Position numbers and translations under genes: made by a program
Source: an uncultured Chitinophaga sp.
GTDB lineage: Bacteria > Bacteroidota > Bacteroidia > Bacteroidales > GCA-2748055
Direction: 5' to 3'
Length of the DNA stretch: 64,000 nucleotides
Assembly: GCA_964349045.1 (NCBI GenBank)
Contig: CAYGFI010000004.1
Span: 15,439 to 79,438 of the forward strand
The notes under the pieces: generated by a model
Databases searched by the model: none
What the model was told of the DNA's origin: nothing
Seen by the model: only the letters and a program-made list of their open reading frames with translations
Shown here: positions 10,601 to 20,226 of the stretch, piece after piece
Layout: each line of letters opens with the position of its first letter
Numbering within the stretch: the stretch's first letter is position 1

Positions 10601-10669
10601 TATAAAGAATTGCTCTACCTGGCAGATGTGTACAGGCAGGAGGAGGTTTTAAGCCATCTCCAATTATAG
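7622..10669 (+). CDS. DUF2723 (TMEM260-like glycosyltransferase-fold) polytopic membrane protein
   Basis: The N-terminal TLEPTVSWWDCGEFIASSYKLQIGHPPGAPLFLMLGR is the DUF2723 signature. The protein has more than 10 TM segments and a large soluble C-terminal half. Confidence 0.8.
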   Translation: MRNFRTWNLGLGWLSFVIATLVYILTLEPTVSWWDCGEFIASSYKLQIGHPPGAPLFLMLGRVASLFASDPENVAYMINLLSALASSFTILFLFWSITHLARKLTVEKENISFTDAVLILGSGLVGSLAYSFSDTAWFSAVEGEVYGTSSLFTAVVFWAILKWENVASEPHANRWLILIAYLMGLSIGVHLLNLLAIPAIVLVYYFKKYTYSLKGVLFSLGLSILILGVIMYGIINGLVKIASWFELLFINGFGLPFNSGVLIYAILITGIVGFGVWYTNKHGKVILNTVFLCFSMIMIGYSSYAMIVIRSHANPPLDENNPENVFALLSYLNREQYGERPLLSGHNYNAEIARNREGYAVIKKGKKVYAKDETKGLYVIAYEKPELTYSTARVIMPRMYSREPDHIMEYKNWGGIKEGKSPALINNIMYFFNYQLGHMYIRYFMWNFAGKQSDEQSHGSLVNGNWISGVKFLDEFRLGDQDALPDKYKNNPSRNRYYFLPLILGILGLLFHFTAHRKDFFIISLLFFMTGVAIVLYLNQTPLQPRERDYAYAGSFYSFCIWIGLGVFGLYDALKKSWKNQYAAISIVVLTLLFVPGMMASENWTDHNRSGRYTARDIARNYFDSCGKDAILFTNGDNDTFPLWYVQEVEGYRTDVRVVNLMLFNTEWYIDQMKMMAYESEPLPITLPFSKYADGTNGSVYVKTDPRKINVTTLIEGITSEHKMFRDLTIRNEVVDVIPTPNLILDVDTSLVISNGTVKPQNTHLIESPVSWTLRDIPISKANLIQLDILAHNNWQRPVYFVAGGNDGTLGLEEYFQMDGLAYRFVPIKTKSPDFYYELGKIDTDILYENLMNKFKWGRMNEPDVYMDYYNIRTLGVIKFRKAFVRLAEALALEGKKDIAVEVLDRCMELTPNYKIPYDHFISGVTYSGGKNKPPIHYSGIIEAYYKCGAFEKANAILLEYAEILQQDIQYYQILNERFKRRFENEAFESQSLYKELLYLADVYRQEEVLSHLQL

Positions 10670-10679
10670 TTCATAAAGT

Positions 10680-11909
10680 TTATGAACTTTTAACTCTATA
10701 AACTCTCACCCAGTCGATTTCAAATGCTGATGGTATCCCTTTATCGCCGGCTTTTTCTTTAAGACTCGAATTGAATATCAGAAATAATGGTTTATCCGGC
10801 ACGCCTGCAGTCAGAACTTTAAATTCAACCCCATTTATTTTCCATGTGAGTTTTCCGGCCTCCCAGATAAGGGTAAAAATGTGGTAATCGGTACAGTACT
10901 TTCCACCCCCTGCTGAAGATACGGATTTTGAGATTCCTGTACCATTTTTCCAGAAGTTTGCAGTAAAGATTTTTCCCTTTTCAAATTTAATAATATCAAC
11001 ATGAGGAATGATCTGATCCGACATAAGAGAAAAAGCCTGTGAAACTCCTGAATTGCCGAATTTCACCTTAGTTTCAATTACTCCATATGCCTGGGAGAAA
11101 CTATTGGCAGAACTGATCATACCGGAGGTGAAATCAAATTCCTTTTCATAAAAGCCCAGTTTTGCATCCCATACAAGTCCGGTGGCTTTTTCCTTCCGTG
11201 TGAGAATACGAAGTTTTTTATCGATTATTTCCAGGTTCTTACCTTCTGTAAAAGCATGTTTATCATCGGCCAATACGTATCCCTTGTTAAGTATTTTATC
11301 CCCATGAAGATAACGGTTCATCCATTTTTTACCATCCGGTTTTCCGTCTTCAAATTTATCCTCGAAACTCAAATCCCATTTCTCAACCCATGCAAAGGGA
11401 TATTTTTTTTGAATTCTCTTGTACCAGATTATTTTTTCGGATTTAACTAATCCAAGGTACTCCTGCTGTTTTTTAAATTCCTCTGATTGTTCAAATTTTT
11501 GTTTTGCAGAAAGGGCCATGTATTTTTTAACTCCTGCAAAGTCGCCAGAATTTACATATTTCTCTAACTCGAAGAGTTTTTTAACTTCAGGGGATTCTGC
11601 GAGTGTTAAACCTTCTTCAGTATCCTTCTTTTTAAAATATTTTTTGATGACACGGGATTTCCGAAGCCGCTTATATTCCTGTTCCTTACCGTACTCCTCA
11701 GTTTTTTTAAAGTTCTGTGATTTTACTGCTTTGATTTTCAGCTTAAAATCAGCAGAATTTACTTCCTTCTCCAGTTCCTGAAAATGTTTCAGCTCAGCAG
11801 ATACCTCAAACTTTTTGTATTCTACATAATCGAAACGGAGTTTATCGGATTCCGTTTCAAACTTATTTGTAGAGGGTATCATCCCAAAGAGAAAACGTAA
11901 ACTTGCCAT
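10680..11909 (-). CDS. ConA-like/GH16-like beta-sandwich protein with an N-terminal tandem-repeat region
   Basis: The C-terminus ends ...FEIDWVRVYRV, typical of GH16/laminarinase-like folds. The N-terminal 160 aa contain two about 55-aa repeats (E[LV]K.F.ELEK.VNS.DF...). No signal peptide is visible. Confidence 0.5.
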   Translation of the reverse strand: MASLRFLFGMIPSTNKFETESDKLRFDYVEYKKFEVSAELKHFQELEKEVNSADFKLKIKAVKSQNFKKTEEYGKEQEYKRLRKSRVIKKYFKKKDTEEGLTLAESPEVKKLFELEKYVNSGDFAGVKKYMALSAKQKFEQSEEFKKQQEYLGLVKSEKIIWYKRIQKKYPFAWVEKWDLSFEDKFEDGKPDGKKWMNRYLHGDKILNKGYVLADDKHAFTEGKNLEIIDKKLRILTRKEKATGLVWDAKLGFYEKEFDFTSGMISSANSFSQAYGVIETKVKFGNSGVSQAFSLMSDQIIPHVDIIKFEKGKIFTANFWKNGTGISKSVSSAGGGKYCTDYHIFTLIWEAGKLTWKINGVEFKVLTAGVPDKPLFLIFNSSLKEKAGDKGIPSAFEIDWVRVYRVKSS

Positions 11910-12148
11910 GTCAGTAAATTATTGAATTATCGTTAATGATTTCCGTGTAAATTTAGCATAATACAGTATTAATAAAAGGACTCCTGCCCTGCTAAATTCA
12001 GATAAAGATATAAAAAATGAAATGCAAAAGGTAAAATACAAAGTCAAAAAGTAAAATGAGGGCCTTACAATACATTCACTTTTTGCATTCCATTGAAGCG
12101 GAACTGTCGCTTAGCTCCGGATTGCATTTTAAAATTTGCATTTTGAAC

Positions 12149-13258
12149 TCAAATGGCTATCCTCTCTGTTATCTCCTCCCCTTTATATTCTTTTATCATT
12201 TCAATAAACCGGTCGAAAAGAAATGCAGTATCAGTAGGACCTCCGGAGGCTTCGGGATGAAACTGAGTTGAGAAGAATGGTTTAAGGGTATGAATCATTC
12301 CTTCATTCGTATTATCGTTCAGATTAATATACAAAGGTTCCCAATTACTGGTTAATGTATTATTATTTATCGCGAACCCATGGTTTTGAGAGGTAATATA
12401 TGCATGGTTACTGCCATGTCTCAGAACCGGCTGATTATGACTTCTGTGTCCGTATTTTAACTTATAGGTGTCGGCGCCTGAGGCCAGACCCATTAATTGA
12501 TTTCCCAGGCAAATTCCAAAAATTGGTCTTGTTTCTTCAAAAGCACGACCCAGGTTCCTGATTGTGGCATCACAGCGCTTGGGGTCACCCGGACCATTGG
12601 AAATAAACAGCCCGTCATAATCTTCCTTTAAAAAATCATAATTCCATGGAACTCTGATTACTGTAGTGTCCCTTTTGAGAAGGTAGCGAATGATATTGAA
12701 TTTCACTCCACAGTCAACCAGCAGAATCTTATATTTTCCAATCCCATAAACTTCTTTCTTTTTTGTACTTACCTGGTCGACAAGCTTATCCAGATTTGGA
12801 TCATAAATAGCAACATCCTTATCATTACAGATTATTTTACCAAGCATAGAGCCCTTCTCACGTAATATTTTTGTAAGAAATCGTGTGTCAACGCCATAGA
12901 TTCCCGGTATTTTATTTTCTTTGAGCCAGTCGCCCAGGCTTCTTTCGGCATTCCAATGCGAGTAATCATGGGAATAATCGGAAATAACAAGCCCGGAAAT
13001 ATGAAGAGCGGATGATTCGAAGAATTTCAGAAGATTGTTTTCTTCCTCCTGGAAAGGGACGCCATAATTACCTACCAGGGGATAGGTTAAAACCAGGATT
13101 TGTCCTTTGTAAGATGGATCTGTAAGGCTTTCCGGATACCCCGTCATAGCTGTATTAAAAACCACTTCGCCTGCAATTGATTTTTCATATCCAAACGACA
13201 TTCCAGAAATTTCTGTTCCGTCTTCGAGCCAGAGTTTAATACGGGAGGTAGCCGACAT
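12149..13258 (-). CDS. carA: carbamoyl-phosphate synthase small (glutaminase) subunit
   Basis: The N-terminus carries FNTAMTGYPESLTDPSYKGQILVLTYPLVGNYG. The amidotransferase triad context is ICLGNQLM and QFHPEA. Confidence 0.93.
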   Translation of the reverse strand: MSATSRIKLWLEDGTEISGMSFGYEKSIAGEVVFNTAMTGYPESLTDPSYKGQILVLTYPLVGNYGVPFQEEENNLLKFFESSALHISGLVISDYSHDYSHWNAERSLGDWLKENKIPGIYGVDTRFLTKILREKGSMLGKIICNDKDVAIYDPNLDKLVDQVSTKKKEVYGIGKYKILLVDCGVKFNIIRYLLKRDTTVIRVPWNYDFLKEDYDGLFISNGPGDPKRCDATIRNLGRAFEETRPIFGICLGNQLMGLASGADTYKLKYGHRSHNQPVLRHGSNHAYITSQNHGFAINNNTLTSNWEPLYINLNDNTNEGMIHTLKPFFSTQFHPEASGGPTDTAFLFDRFIEMIKEYKGEEITERIAI

Positions 13259-13304
13259 TGAGTTTATAAAGTTTAATGTTTGTAAAATTTATACAGTACA
13301 ATGA

Positions 13305-14783
13305 TTAATTGATTTTATTGCTTTTCCTGATATCATCAAGGATTATTTGTTCTGCCTGTTCCGGACTGATATGTTTAGCCAGTATTTTTTTATCCTTATC
13401 GAACAGGTAGAGGATGTTTGAACTATTTATATCATATATTTCACGATAAGAAAAATCATATGGGTTCCAGGCATTAATCCAGCCATATAGATTATGGGTA
13501 GTAACAAAATCCACCCATTTTTCTTTTCCCGGAATACCTGAAAGCATATGCACTGAAATCACCTTAACCCCTTTGGGTTTAAGACGTTCATACATAGCAT
13601 GTAATTCGGGGATTGATTTCTTGCAATGTCCGCAATCAGCTTCCCAGAAATACAGTAAAACATATTTTGCAGAAACGTTCTTCAGATTGAAGAAATCTCC
13701 AACATATGGATTTTTTTTCAAACTGGTATCTTCAGCTGCAACCAGAAAATGTTCATCGGCGACACGTACCAGCTGAATATCAGGAGCCGTCTTCCCTATT
13801 AAAAGTGGTTTAATTTTTACCACCCTTTTATTCAGATCTTCAATAAATTTTTTTTCTGACCATGTTGCTTCAGGTATATAGTACTTTTCAGCGATATAAA
13901 CATAAACAGCATCCATTCCAAGATATTTGCTGTTCGCGTAATAGTTGAAAAGGGTAGTAAGCATATATTTAAATAAGAATGTATCAGCCCTGGAAAGCAG
14001 GATCAGATGATCAACCTCTTTAAAAACGGTATCCGGAGCAGGAATAATGAGATTATCAAGATAATACATTAATTTTTTCTCATAAAACGGTGTGCGTAAA
14101 AGCCGCACATCTGAAAGGTCAAAATATTCAAAATAATGAGACTTAAAGTAACGAACCTGAAAAGCTGAATCGGTAATGATGCCATTGTTATCTCTTGGAG
14201 GATCCGGAACCTCAACCTCCTTTAAAGATATTAAAAACTTACTTAAAAAAGTTCCGGGGTTTGAATCCACCAGGTCTGTAACATAGGATATAACTTCTTT
14301 ATTGATTTCTTCGAGTTGAATTTTGATCGCGGCAGAATCCTCCTTTGAAGAAGTGATCAGACGTTTCTGCAGCCCGAGCGCTTTCTCTCTCTGATCAGCA
14401 ACATATGTCTGGTATCTGTAAAAAAGAATATTATCACTATCTCCCGTGATACGCGTTTTTCTTGTCATATCACTGGTGTCACTTTCAACGGAAAAATTCT
14501 GATTTTTATCAATCAGCAAATCAAACCTGTTTTTGTTAGGGAGATAAATAAGATAGAGTCCAGATGGCAGCATTTTCGAACCTGAAAACGCTCCCCGGCC
14601 ATTTGCGTCCAGAATTGCACTGTCCTGAATGATAAGTGATTCTCTGAAATAATGTCCAAGAATTAATGTGTCTCCTGCAAAAACAGGCATTGAAATCCGG
14701 ATATTATGTTGGGCAAATATTCCGGATTCTGAGGGACAGGTAAGAAATAAACCTATCAGGAATAATACTAATTTACGTCTCAT
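13305..14783 (-). CDS. secreted TlpA/AhpC-like thioredoxin-fold protein with a long N-terminal domain
   Basis: It has a signal peptide and a C-terminal thioredoxin fold with LLYFWEADCGHCKK (a CxxC motif). Confidence 0.7.
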   Translation of the reverse strand: MRRKLVLFLIGLFLTCPSESGIFAQHNIRISMPVFAGDTLILGHYFRESLIIQDSAILDANGRGAFSGSKMLPSGLYLIYLPNKNRFDLLIDKNQNFSVESDTSDMTRKTRITGDSDNILFYRYQTYVADQREKALGLQKRLITSSKEDSAAIKIQLEEINKEVISYVTDLVDSNPGTFLSKFLISLKEVEVPDPPRDNNGIITDSAFQVRYFKSHYFEYFDLSDVRLLRTPFYEKKLMYYLDNLIIPAPDTVFKEVDHLILLSRADTFLFKYMLTTLFNYYANSKYLGMDAVYVYIAEKYYIPEATWSEKKFIEDLNKRVVKIKPLLIGKTAPDIQLVRVADEHFLVAAEDTSLKKNPYVGDFFNLKNVSAKYVLLYFWEADCGHCKKSIPELHAMYERLKPKGVKVISVHMLSGIPGKEKWVDFVTTHNLYGWINAWNPYDFSYREIYDINSSNILYLFDKDKKILAKHISPEQAEQIILDDIRKSNKIN

Positions 14784-14966
14784 ATTTTCAACTTTCGGAC
14801 TTTAATTGAAATGAAATAAAGTTCTTAATACCTAAATTTTTTGCTCCAAAGTTACATATAAAAACTTTTTAATTTATAAATTGAGAAATCTGTCAATGCG
14901 AATAAGAAGAAAAATTATAATATATGTGTATCTTCGATTCCATAATAAAAAAATACACTGGTAAAA

Positions 14967-15941
14967 ATGCTTAGTTTTAAAAGCGCTCAGGAAATCATTG
15001 CAGGAGAAATTGAAAAACTTATAATTCCAAAAGAGCCGGAAAAATTATATGAACCTGTAAGGTACATACTTAGCAACGGGGGTAAACGCTTTCGACCGGT
15101 TCTGGTTTTATTGGCCTGTGATATTTTTGGCGCTGAATACCATAAAGCCCTGAATCCGGCACTCGGTATTGAGGTATTCCATAATTTCACGTTATTGCAC
15201 GATGACCTGATGGATAATTCCCAGGTGAGAAGAAACAAGGCAACAGTTCATGTAAAATGGGATCCCAATACGGCAATTTTATCAGGGGATGCGATGTCAA
15301 TCCTTGCAAACAAACTGATCTGCAAGGTGGATCCTGAAAATATTTTTCCTGTAAGCCAGCTGTTTAACAAGACAGCCCTGGAAGTTTGTGAAGGACAAAT
15401 GCTGGATCTGGAATACTCGGAAAAGGAAAATGTCACTATTCCTGAATATATCAATATGATCAGACTGAAAACATCAGTTCTGATCGCGGCCTCACTTGGA
15501 ATTGGTGCATTGATAGGAGGAGCATCAGAAAAAGAATCTACTATTCTTTACAATTTCGGAATGAATCTGGGTCTGGCTTTTCAACTACAGGATGACCTGC
15601 TGGATAGTTTCGGAGATCAGAAAGTTTTTGGAAAAAAAATTGGAAATGACATTTTAACCAACAAACGAACCTTCCTTGTGATCAAAGCTTTTGAAAAAGC
15701 CCATGGAAAAGATCTCCTTGAGTTAAAAAAATATTTTTCGGATGAGGACTTTAAACCCAGGGAAAAAATAACAAATGTTATTAAGATTTTTACTAAGCTT
15801 AACATCAGAAAAGAAACTGAAGACCAGATAATTAATTATCATCAGAAAGCTCTGAATTATATGAAGGAACTTGATGTAACAATGGAGAGAAAAAGTATTT
15901 TAATTGGATTTGCTGAAGAACTCATGAATAGAGAAAGGTAG
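14967..15941 (+). CDS. polyprenyl diphosphate synthase (trans-isoprenyl diphosphate synthase family)
   Basis: The first Asp-rich motif is LLHDDLMD and the second is FQLQDDLLD, with RGK-type context between them. Confidence 0.9.
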   Translation: MLSFKSAQEIIAGEIEKLIIPKEPEKLYEPVRYILSNGGKRFRPVLVLLACDIFGAEYHKALNPALGIEVFHNFTLLHDDLMDNSQVRRNKATVHVKWDPNTAILSGDAMSILANKLICKVDPENIFPVSQLFNKTALEVCEGQMLDLEYSEKENVTIPEYINMIRLKTSVLIAASLGIGALIGGASEKESTILYNFGMNLGLAFQLQDDLLDSFGDQKVFGKKIGNDILTNKRTFLVIKAFEKAHGKDLLELKKYFSDEDFKPREKITNVIKIFTKLNIRKETEDQIINYHQKALNYMKELDVTMERKSILIGFAEELMNRER

Positions 15942-15992
15942 ATGATGAAACAGTAATTGGCCTGTGGTACTGCTTCGCTGCCTGAACGTCAC

Positions 15993-16217
15993 CTACTTAC
16001 ACTCCCAATATTTCGTTGTACTACCCACAGTAACAGGTATTTCCGTTTCCAATGCGGCAAGCTTATCACCACAATATGTTCCACTTGACCCATAACTGAG
16101 TACCCCGTCATTATCTGTTACCAGGGTACATTTTTTACAGTCTTCCAGAAGTTCGCAGGAAGGGATTAAAGCAATCAGAAAAAGAAGCAAAGTACCACTG
16201 CGAAGAGTCTTTCTCAT
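15993..16217 (-). CDS. small Cys-rich lipoprotein
   Basis: The lipobox is LLFLIALIPSC, followed by six more Cys in about 55 mature residues. I chose the ATG at 16217; the longer ORF begins with TTG at 16253. Confidence 0.45.
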   Translation of the reverse strand: MRKTLRSGTLLLFLIALIPSCELLEDCKKCTLVTDNDGVLSYGSSGTYCGDKLAALETEIPVTVGSTTKYWECK

Positions 16218-16424
16218 ATCATTTTTTTTTGTGTTCGTATCTTTAGTTCTCAAAAATAGTGAATTATATTAAATTCGATTCAATTACTGATCTGACAAAT
16301 AATATACAAGTGTATGAGTATTACTTTTCAATTTTAATCATAAGAAAGTATTTTATATTTCCTGACTGATTCTGAATGTGAATTGCTAATATTGTAAGTT
16401 TTAGCCGGGAGTAAAATAAAACTT

Positions 16425-19352
16425 ATGAATGAAGAATTTTTTGGATTAGGATTAAATGAACATCGTCACTGGGGCTATATTTTTATTCCATATATTATTA
16501 AGAAAAGTGAAGAAGGCAATTTCTATTTTACCTCTCACACCATCTTTCCGAAATCCACCGATGATAGCTATCAATCATTATCTGATCAGCAAAAACAGAT
16601 GGTTCGGATTTGTCATGAGTACAGTGATCAGAATCTGTTCAAATTATTCAGTAAAAATAAAAACGTTAAGGAATTTCTCGAAAAAGTTGAGCCTCCACGA
16701 ATAGATCAGTTTATTCGACCCTTTATTGAAAAAAGACTTTCATTAATTTTCAGTATTCTGATAAACACTGTTACAAAGGTGTTTTCAAGGGATAAATCGA
16801 GAAGTAACATTTTTGAGGAAGATTTCCTTACAACTATAAATGAAGCTGCTGATGCAGTTTTTAGTTTCGAGAAATTGGAAGATGGCACAAGATATAGTCT
16901 TGAAATTCAGAAGAATGGGAGGAAGCAAAATATTAAAGACACAAATACTCATGTCCTAAGCGATAATCCGGCAATATTACGAATTAACAACTCCCTTTTA
17001 TATGTCAGAGATATTGAAGGAAGAAAAATCCGGCCATTTTTTACCCTTGATTATATTTCTGTTCCGGCCAGCTCAGAGATCAGGTATTACAAGAGCTTCA
17101 TTCAGGGTATAATTCGTGATCATAAAGTGAATGCAAAAGGATTTCAGGTTAATGTTATCGAATCTGAAAAACAGACATCATTAACCCTTGAAGCCGGATT
17201 GAATAATAATGCAATATTGGTTCTTCGTTTTCAATACGGTAAAAAAATAATACTTGCTAATCATCCTTCGAATTGCTTTGTAGAGTTTTTAAAAGAAAAT
17301 GGAAATTATTATTTCGAAAAAACACTTCGTGATCTTCAATTTGAAGAGAACGTTCACCAACTATTAATCAAGGCCGGATATACCAGTTTTGACAGAACAA
17401 ATTTTGAAATTACAGGAAACCAGGAATCAGGCTTTGAACAACAACTCCACCTGTTGGTTGAAAGCATGATCAAAAATAAATCTTTGTTTCAGACTTACGG
17501 AATTACATATTCTCAAAATATCAGTGGAAAAAAATTCTATATTGGAAACGTATCAATGACTTTAGATACCAGTATTCACAACGACTGGTTTGATCTTCAC
17601 GCGGTTATTGATTTAGATGGATTGCAGATCCCATTTCATAAATTCAGAAAGAACATTTTAAATAATATCCGTGAATATCTTCTTCCCAACGGTGAAGTTT
17701 TCATACTGCCGGAAGAATGGTTTGTAAAATACAGGGAGGTTTTTGAGTTCGGTAAAACTGAAGGAGAAAATATCAGGATTCACAAGCAACACTTTTTTAT
17801 TCTTGAGAAAGCAGAATCATTTGGTAACCGCTCTATTCTGAATAAACTGGAGAAGCTTAATCGTATTGATAATCTGACACTTGCAGAACTTCCAAAAGGA
17901 TTAACAACAAATCTAAGACCCTATCAGCATGAGGGATTTACATGGTTGCTTTATCTTCAGTCCAATAACCTGGGAGGATGTCTTGCAGATGATATGGGAC
18001 TCGGAAAAACAGTTCAGGCCATTTCTTTATTATTAAAAAACAAGGAACCCTCTGACAATCCGGTTAAAAATACAACGCGGGAGGAAGAGCAATTAGATTT
18101 GTTTGGTCTTCAGCAGGTAAGTTTTACCTCTCTCATTGTGGTACCGGCCTCCCTGGTGCACAATTGGGTAAATGAAATCCGAAAATTTGCACCTTCACTT
18201 AAGGTCCATACACATGTAGGAAACCAGAGAAGAAAAAGCTCTGCCAAATTTCATCACTATGACATCATCATATCCAGTTATCATACAGTTCGACAAGATA
18301 TTGAATTGTTTTCAGGTTTTCATTTTCATTACATCATCCTTGATGAATCCCAGGTAATAAAAAATCCGAGCAGCAAAATTTATAAAGCAGTTGAGAACCT
18401 TAATTCTTCATTTAAGCTGGCCCTGACCGGAACTCCCATCGAGAATTCGCTAATAGATCTTTGGGCTCAAATGAATTTTGTTAATAGTGGTTTGCTGGGT
18501 AACCTGAGTTTTTTCAAAAAAGAATTTACTATTCCCATTGAGAAAAAAAACCAGCAGGAGAAAGAAGAAAAATTGAAAACTCTTATAAATCCATTTATAT
18601 TACGACGTAAAAAGGATGAAGTAGCACGTGACCTGCCGCCGGTTTCAGAGCAGGTAATTTACTGCAGCATGACAGAAGAGCAGAGAAAATTTTATGAGTC
18701 TGAAAAGTCCAGGGTCAGGAATACGATCTTTGCAAAAATCGAAAACCAGGGTATAGAAAAATCATCGATGATTGTGTTGCAGGGATTAACCAGGTTAAGA
18801 CAAATTGCAAATCATCCCTTACTTGTAGACGATGGGTATTCCTTTGAATCAGGAAAATTCAATGAAGTTAGCCGGAATATTGAGAACATCATTTCGGAAG
18901 GGCATAAGGTTTTAGTATTTTCTTCATTCGTAAAACACCTTGAACTGGTTGAAAATCAATTAAAAAAGGAAAAGATTAAATATTCTATGCTTACCGGTGA
19001 AAGCATCAGGCGCGAGGCTATTGTAAGAGCTTTTCAAAGTAATCCGGATTGCAAGGTTTTTCTGATTTCACTCAAAGCAGGTGGGGTTGGATTAAATCTT
19101 ACGGCAGCAGATTATGTTTTTATACTGGATCCGTGGTGGAATCCTGCCTCCGAAAGCCAGGCGCTAAACAGAGCTCATCGTATAGGTCAGGATAAAAATG
19201 TATTTGTTTACCGGTTTATTTCTGAAAACAGCATTGAAGAGAAAATACAAATGCTTCAGGAGAGAAAAAGCAGACTGGCCGATACCTTTGTTCACTCCAA
19301 TAATCCAATGAAGGAAATAAACAGGAAGGATCTGGAAGATTTGTTTGCATAG
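16425..19352 (+). CDS. SNF2-family helicase/ATPase with a 480-aa N-terminal extension
   Basis: Motifs seen: LRPYQHEGFTWL, LADDMGLGKT (motif I), ILDESQVIKN (DExx box), LTGTPIEN, and the C-terminal helicase NRAHRIGQ. Confidence 0.9.
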   Translation: MNEEFFGLGLNEHRHWGYIFIPYIIKKSEEGNFYFTSHTIFPKSTDDSYQSLSDQQKQMVRICHEYSDQNLFKLFSKNKNVKEFLEKVEPPRIDQFIRPFIEKRLSLIFSILINTVTKVFSRDKSRSNIFEEDFLTTINEAADAVFSFEKLEDGTRYSLEIQKNGRKQNIKDTNTHVLSDNPAILRINNSLLYVRDIEGRKIRPFFTLDYISVPASSEIRYYKSFIQGIIRDHKVNAKGFQVNVIESEKQTSLTLEAGLNNNAILVLRFQYGKKIILANHPSNCFVEFLKENGNYYFEKTLRDLQFEENVHQLLIKAGYTSFDRTNFEITGNQESGFEQQLHLLVESMIKNKSLFQTYGITYSQNISGKKFYIGNVSMTLDTSIHNDWFDLHAVIDLDGLQIPFHKFRKNILNNIREYLLPNGEVFILPEEWFVKYREVFEFGKTEGENIRIHKQHFFILEKAESFGNRSILNKLEKLNRIDNLTLAELPKGLTTNLRPYQHEGFTWLLYLQSNNLGGCLADDMGLGKTVQAISLLLKNKEPSDNPVKNTTREEEQLDLFGLQQVSFTSLIVVPASLVHNWVNEIRKFAPSLKVHTHVGNQRRKSSAKFHHYDIIISSYHTVRQDIELFSGFHFHYIILDESQVIKNPSSKIYKAVENLNSSFKLALTGTPIENSLIDLWAQMNFVNSGLLGNLSFFKKEFTIPIEKKNQQEKEEKLKTLINPFILRRKKDEVARDLPPVSEQVIYCSMTEEQRKFYESEKSRVRNTIFAKIENQGIEKSSMIVLQGLTRLRQIANHPLLVDDGYSFESGKFNEVSRNIENIISEGHKVLVFSSFVKHLELVENQLKKEKIKYSMLTGESIRREAIVRAFQSNPDCKVFLISLKAGGVGLNLTAADYVFILDPWWNPASESQALNRAHRIGQDKNVFVYRFISENSIEEKIQMLQERKSRLADTFVHSNNPMKEINRKDLEDLFA

Positions 19353-19413
19353 GATTATACATATTTCTCAAGAGCGGCCTTTTGAAATGCTTTAAATTAA
19401 GAACAAGAATTAA

Positions 19414-20166
19414 ATGGAGAATTTTTTCCTCTATGATCTTACACCATTTCAATGGATCCTGACAATTCTTTGTGGAATGATTATTGGAATATCGAAAACC
19501 GGAATTTCAGGAGCAGGGCTTATTGCAGTTCCTGTACTTGCTACAATCTTTGGAGGCCGGCCTTCTGTTGGATTACTTCTGCCGATGCTGATTATTGCTG
19601 ATTTTGCAGCGGTTAAGATTTATAACCGTCATGCAGAATGGAAATATGTGATAAAATTGCTACCCTGGACAATTGCAGGAATTCTGGTGGCATTATTTGT
19701 AGGAAAATCGGTAAATGACGATCAGTTTCGAAGCATCATAGCCTGTGTAGTAATAATAGGAATTGTTTTAATGCTATTCCAGGATTTTCGCCGAAAGAAG
19801 ATCGAAATTCCTTCCTCATTGTGGTTCAGCGCTATTCTTGGTCTTGGAAGCGGTTTCGCCACCATGATCGGGAATGCTGCCGGACCGGTAATGGCCTACT
19901 ATCTTCTCTCTATGCGATTACCTAAAAATATTTATATCGGAACGGGAGCCTGGTTTTTCCTGATTGTAAACTTAATCAAAGTCCCATTGCATATATTTAT
20001 TTGGAAGACAATAACTCCTGAAAGTCTGACCTTTGACTTAATTATGCTGATTCCCATCCTTGCCGGAGCATTTTCGGGATATTATCTTGTTAAATTAATT
20101 CCTGAAAAAGCTTACAGGATCTTTATTATTCTAACTACGCTGGCTTCAGCCATGGCCTTGTTTTAG
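19414..20166 (+). CDS. TauE/SafE-family anion exporter membrane protein
   Basis: 250 aa with about 8 TM segments. GISKTGISGAGLIAVP and the repeated half-structure are typical of TauE/SafE. Confidence 0.7.
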   Translation: MENFFLYDLTPFQWILTILCGMIIGISKTGISGAGLIAVPVLATIFGGRPSVGLLLPMLIIADFAAVKIYNRHAEWKYVIKLLPWTIAGILVALFVGKSVNDDQFRSIIACVVIIGIVLMLFQDFRRKKIEIPSSLWFSAILGLGSGFATMIGNAAGPVMAYYLLSMRLPKNIYIGTGAWFFLIVNLIKVPLHIFIWKTITPESLTFDLIMLIPILAGAFSGYYLVKLIPEKAYRIFIILTTLASAMALF

Positions 20167-20226
20167 AGAATGAATTAATTATTGCCAGAAAAGTAGAAGA
20201 AAACAAAATGATATTTTTACTTAACT

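Noticed and set aside
12020-12145. Four occurrences of a TGCAAAA/TTTTGCA-type core, with AAAATGCAA appearing twice 14 nt apart just after the carA stop.
   Set aside because: These are short AT-rich motifs in AT-rich spacer. I cannot separate them from chance or from a weak terminator/promoter context without genome-wide motif statistics.
12149-13258. carA without an adjacent carB.
   Set aside because: Separation of carA and carB is common, so I do not treat it as evidence of anything unusual. carB presumably lies elsewhere.
16222-16230. Homopolymer tracts as phase-variation switches: T9 at 16222-16230 just upstream of the lipoprotein ATG, A8 at 18543-18550 in the SNF2 gene, and T8 at 11403-11410 in the GH16-like gene.
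   Set aside because: Runs of 8-9 A/T are expected in this base composition. Two of them encode Lys-Lys in intact frames. I have no population data to show length variation.
16425-19352. The SNF2 helicase as the core of a DISARM/BREX/Zorya-like defence island.
   Set aside because: No methyltransferase, PLD/nuclease, DUF1998, ZorAB-like or other partner genes are adjacent. The flanks are housekeeping genes.
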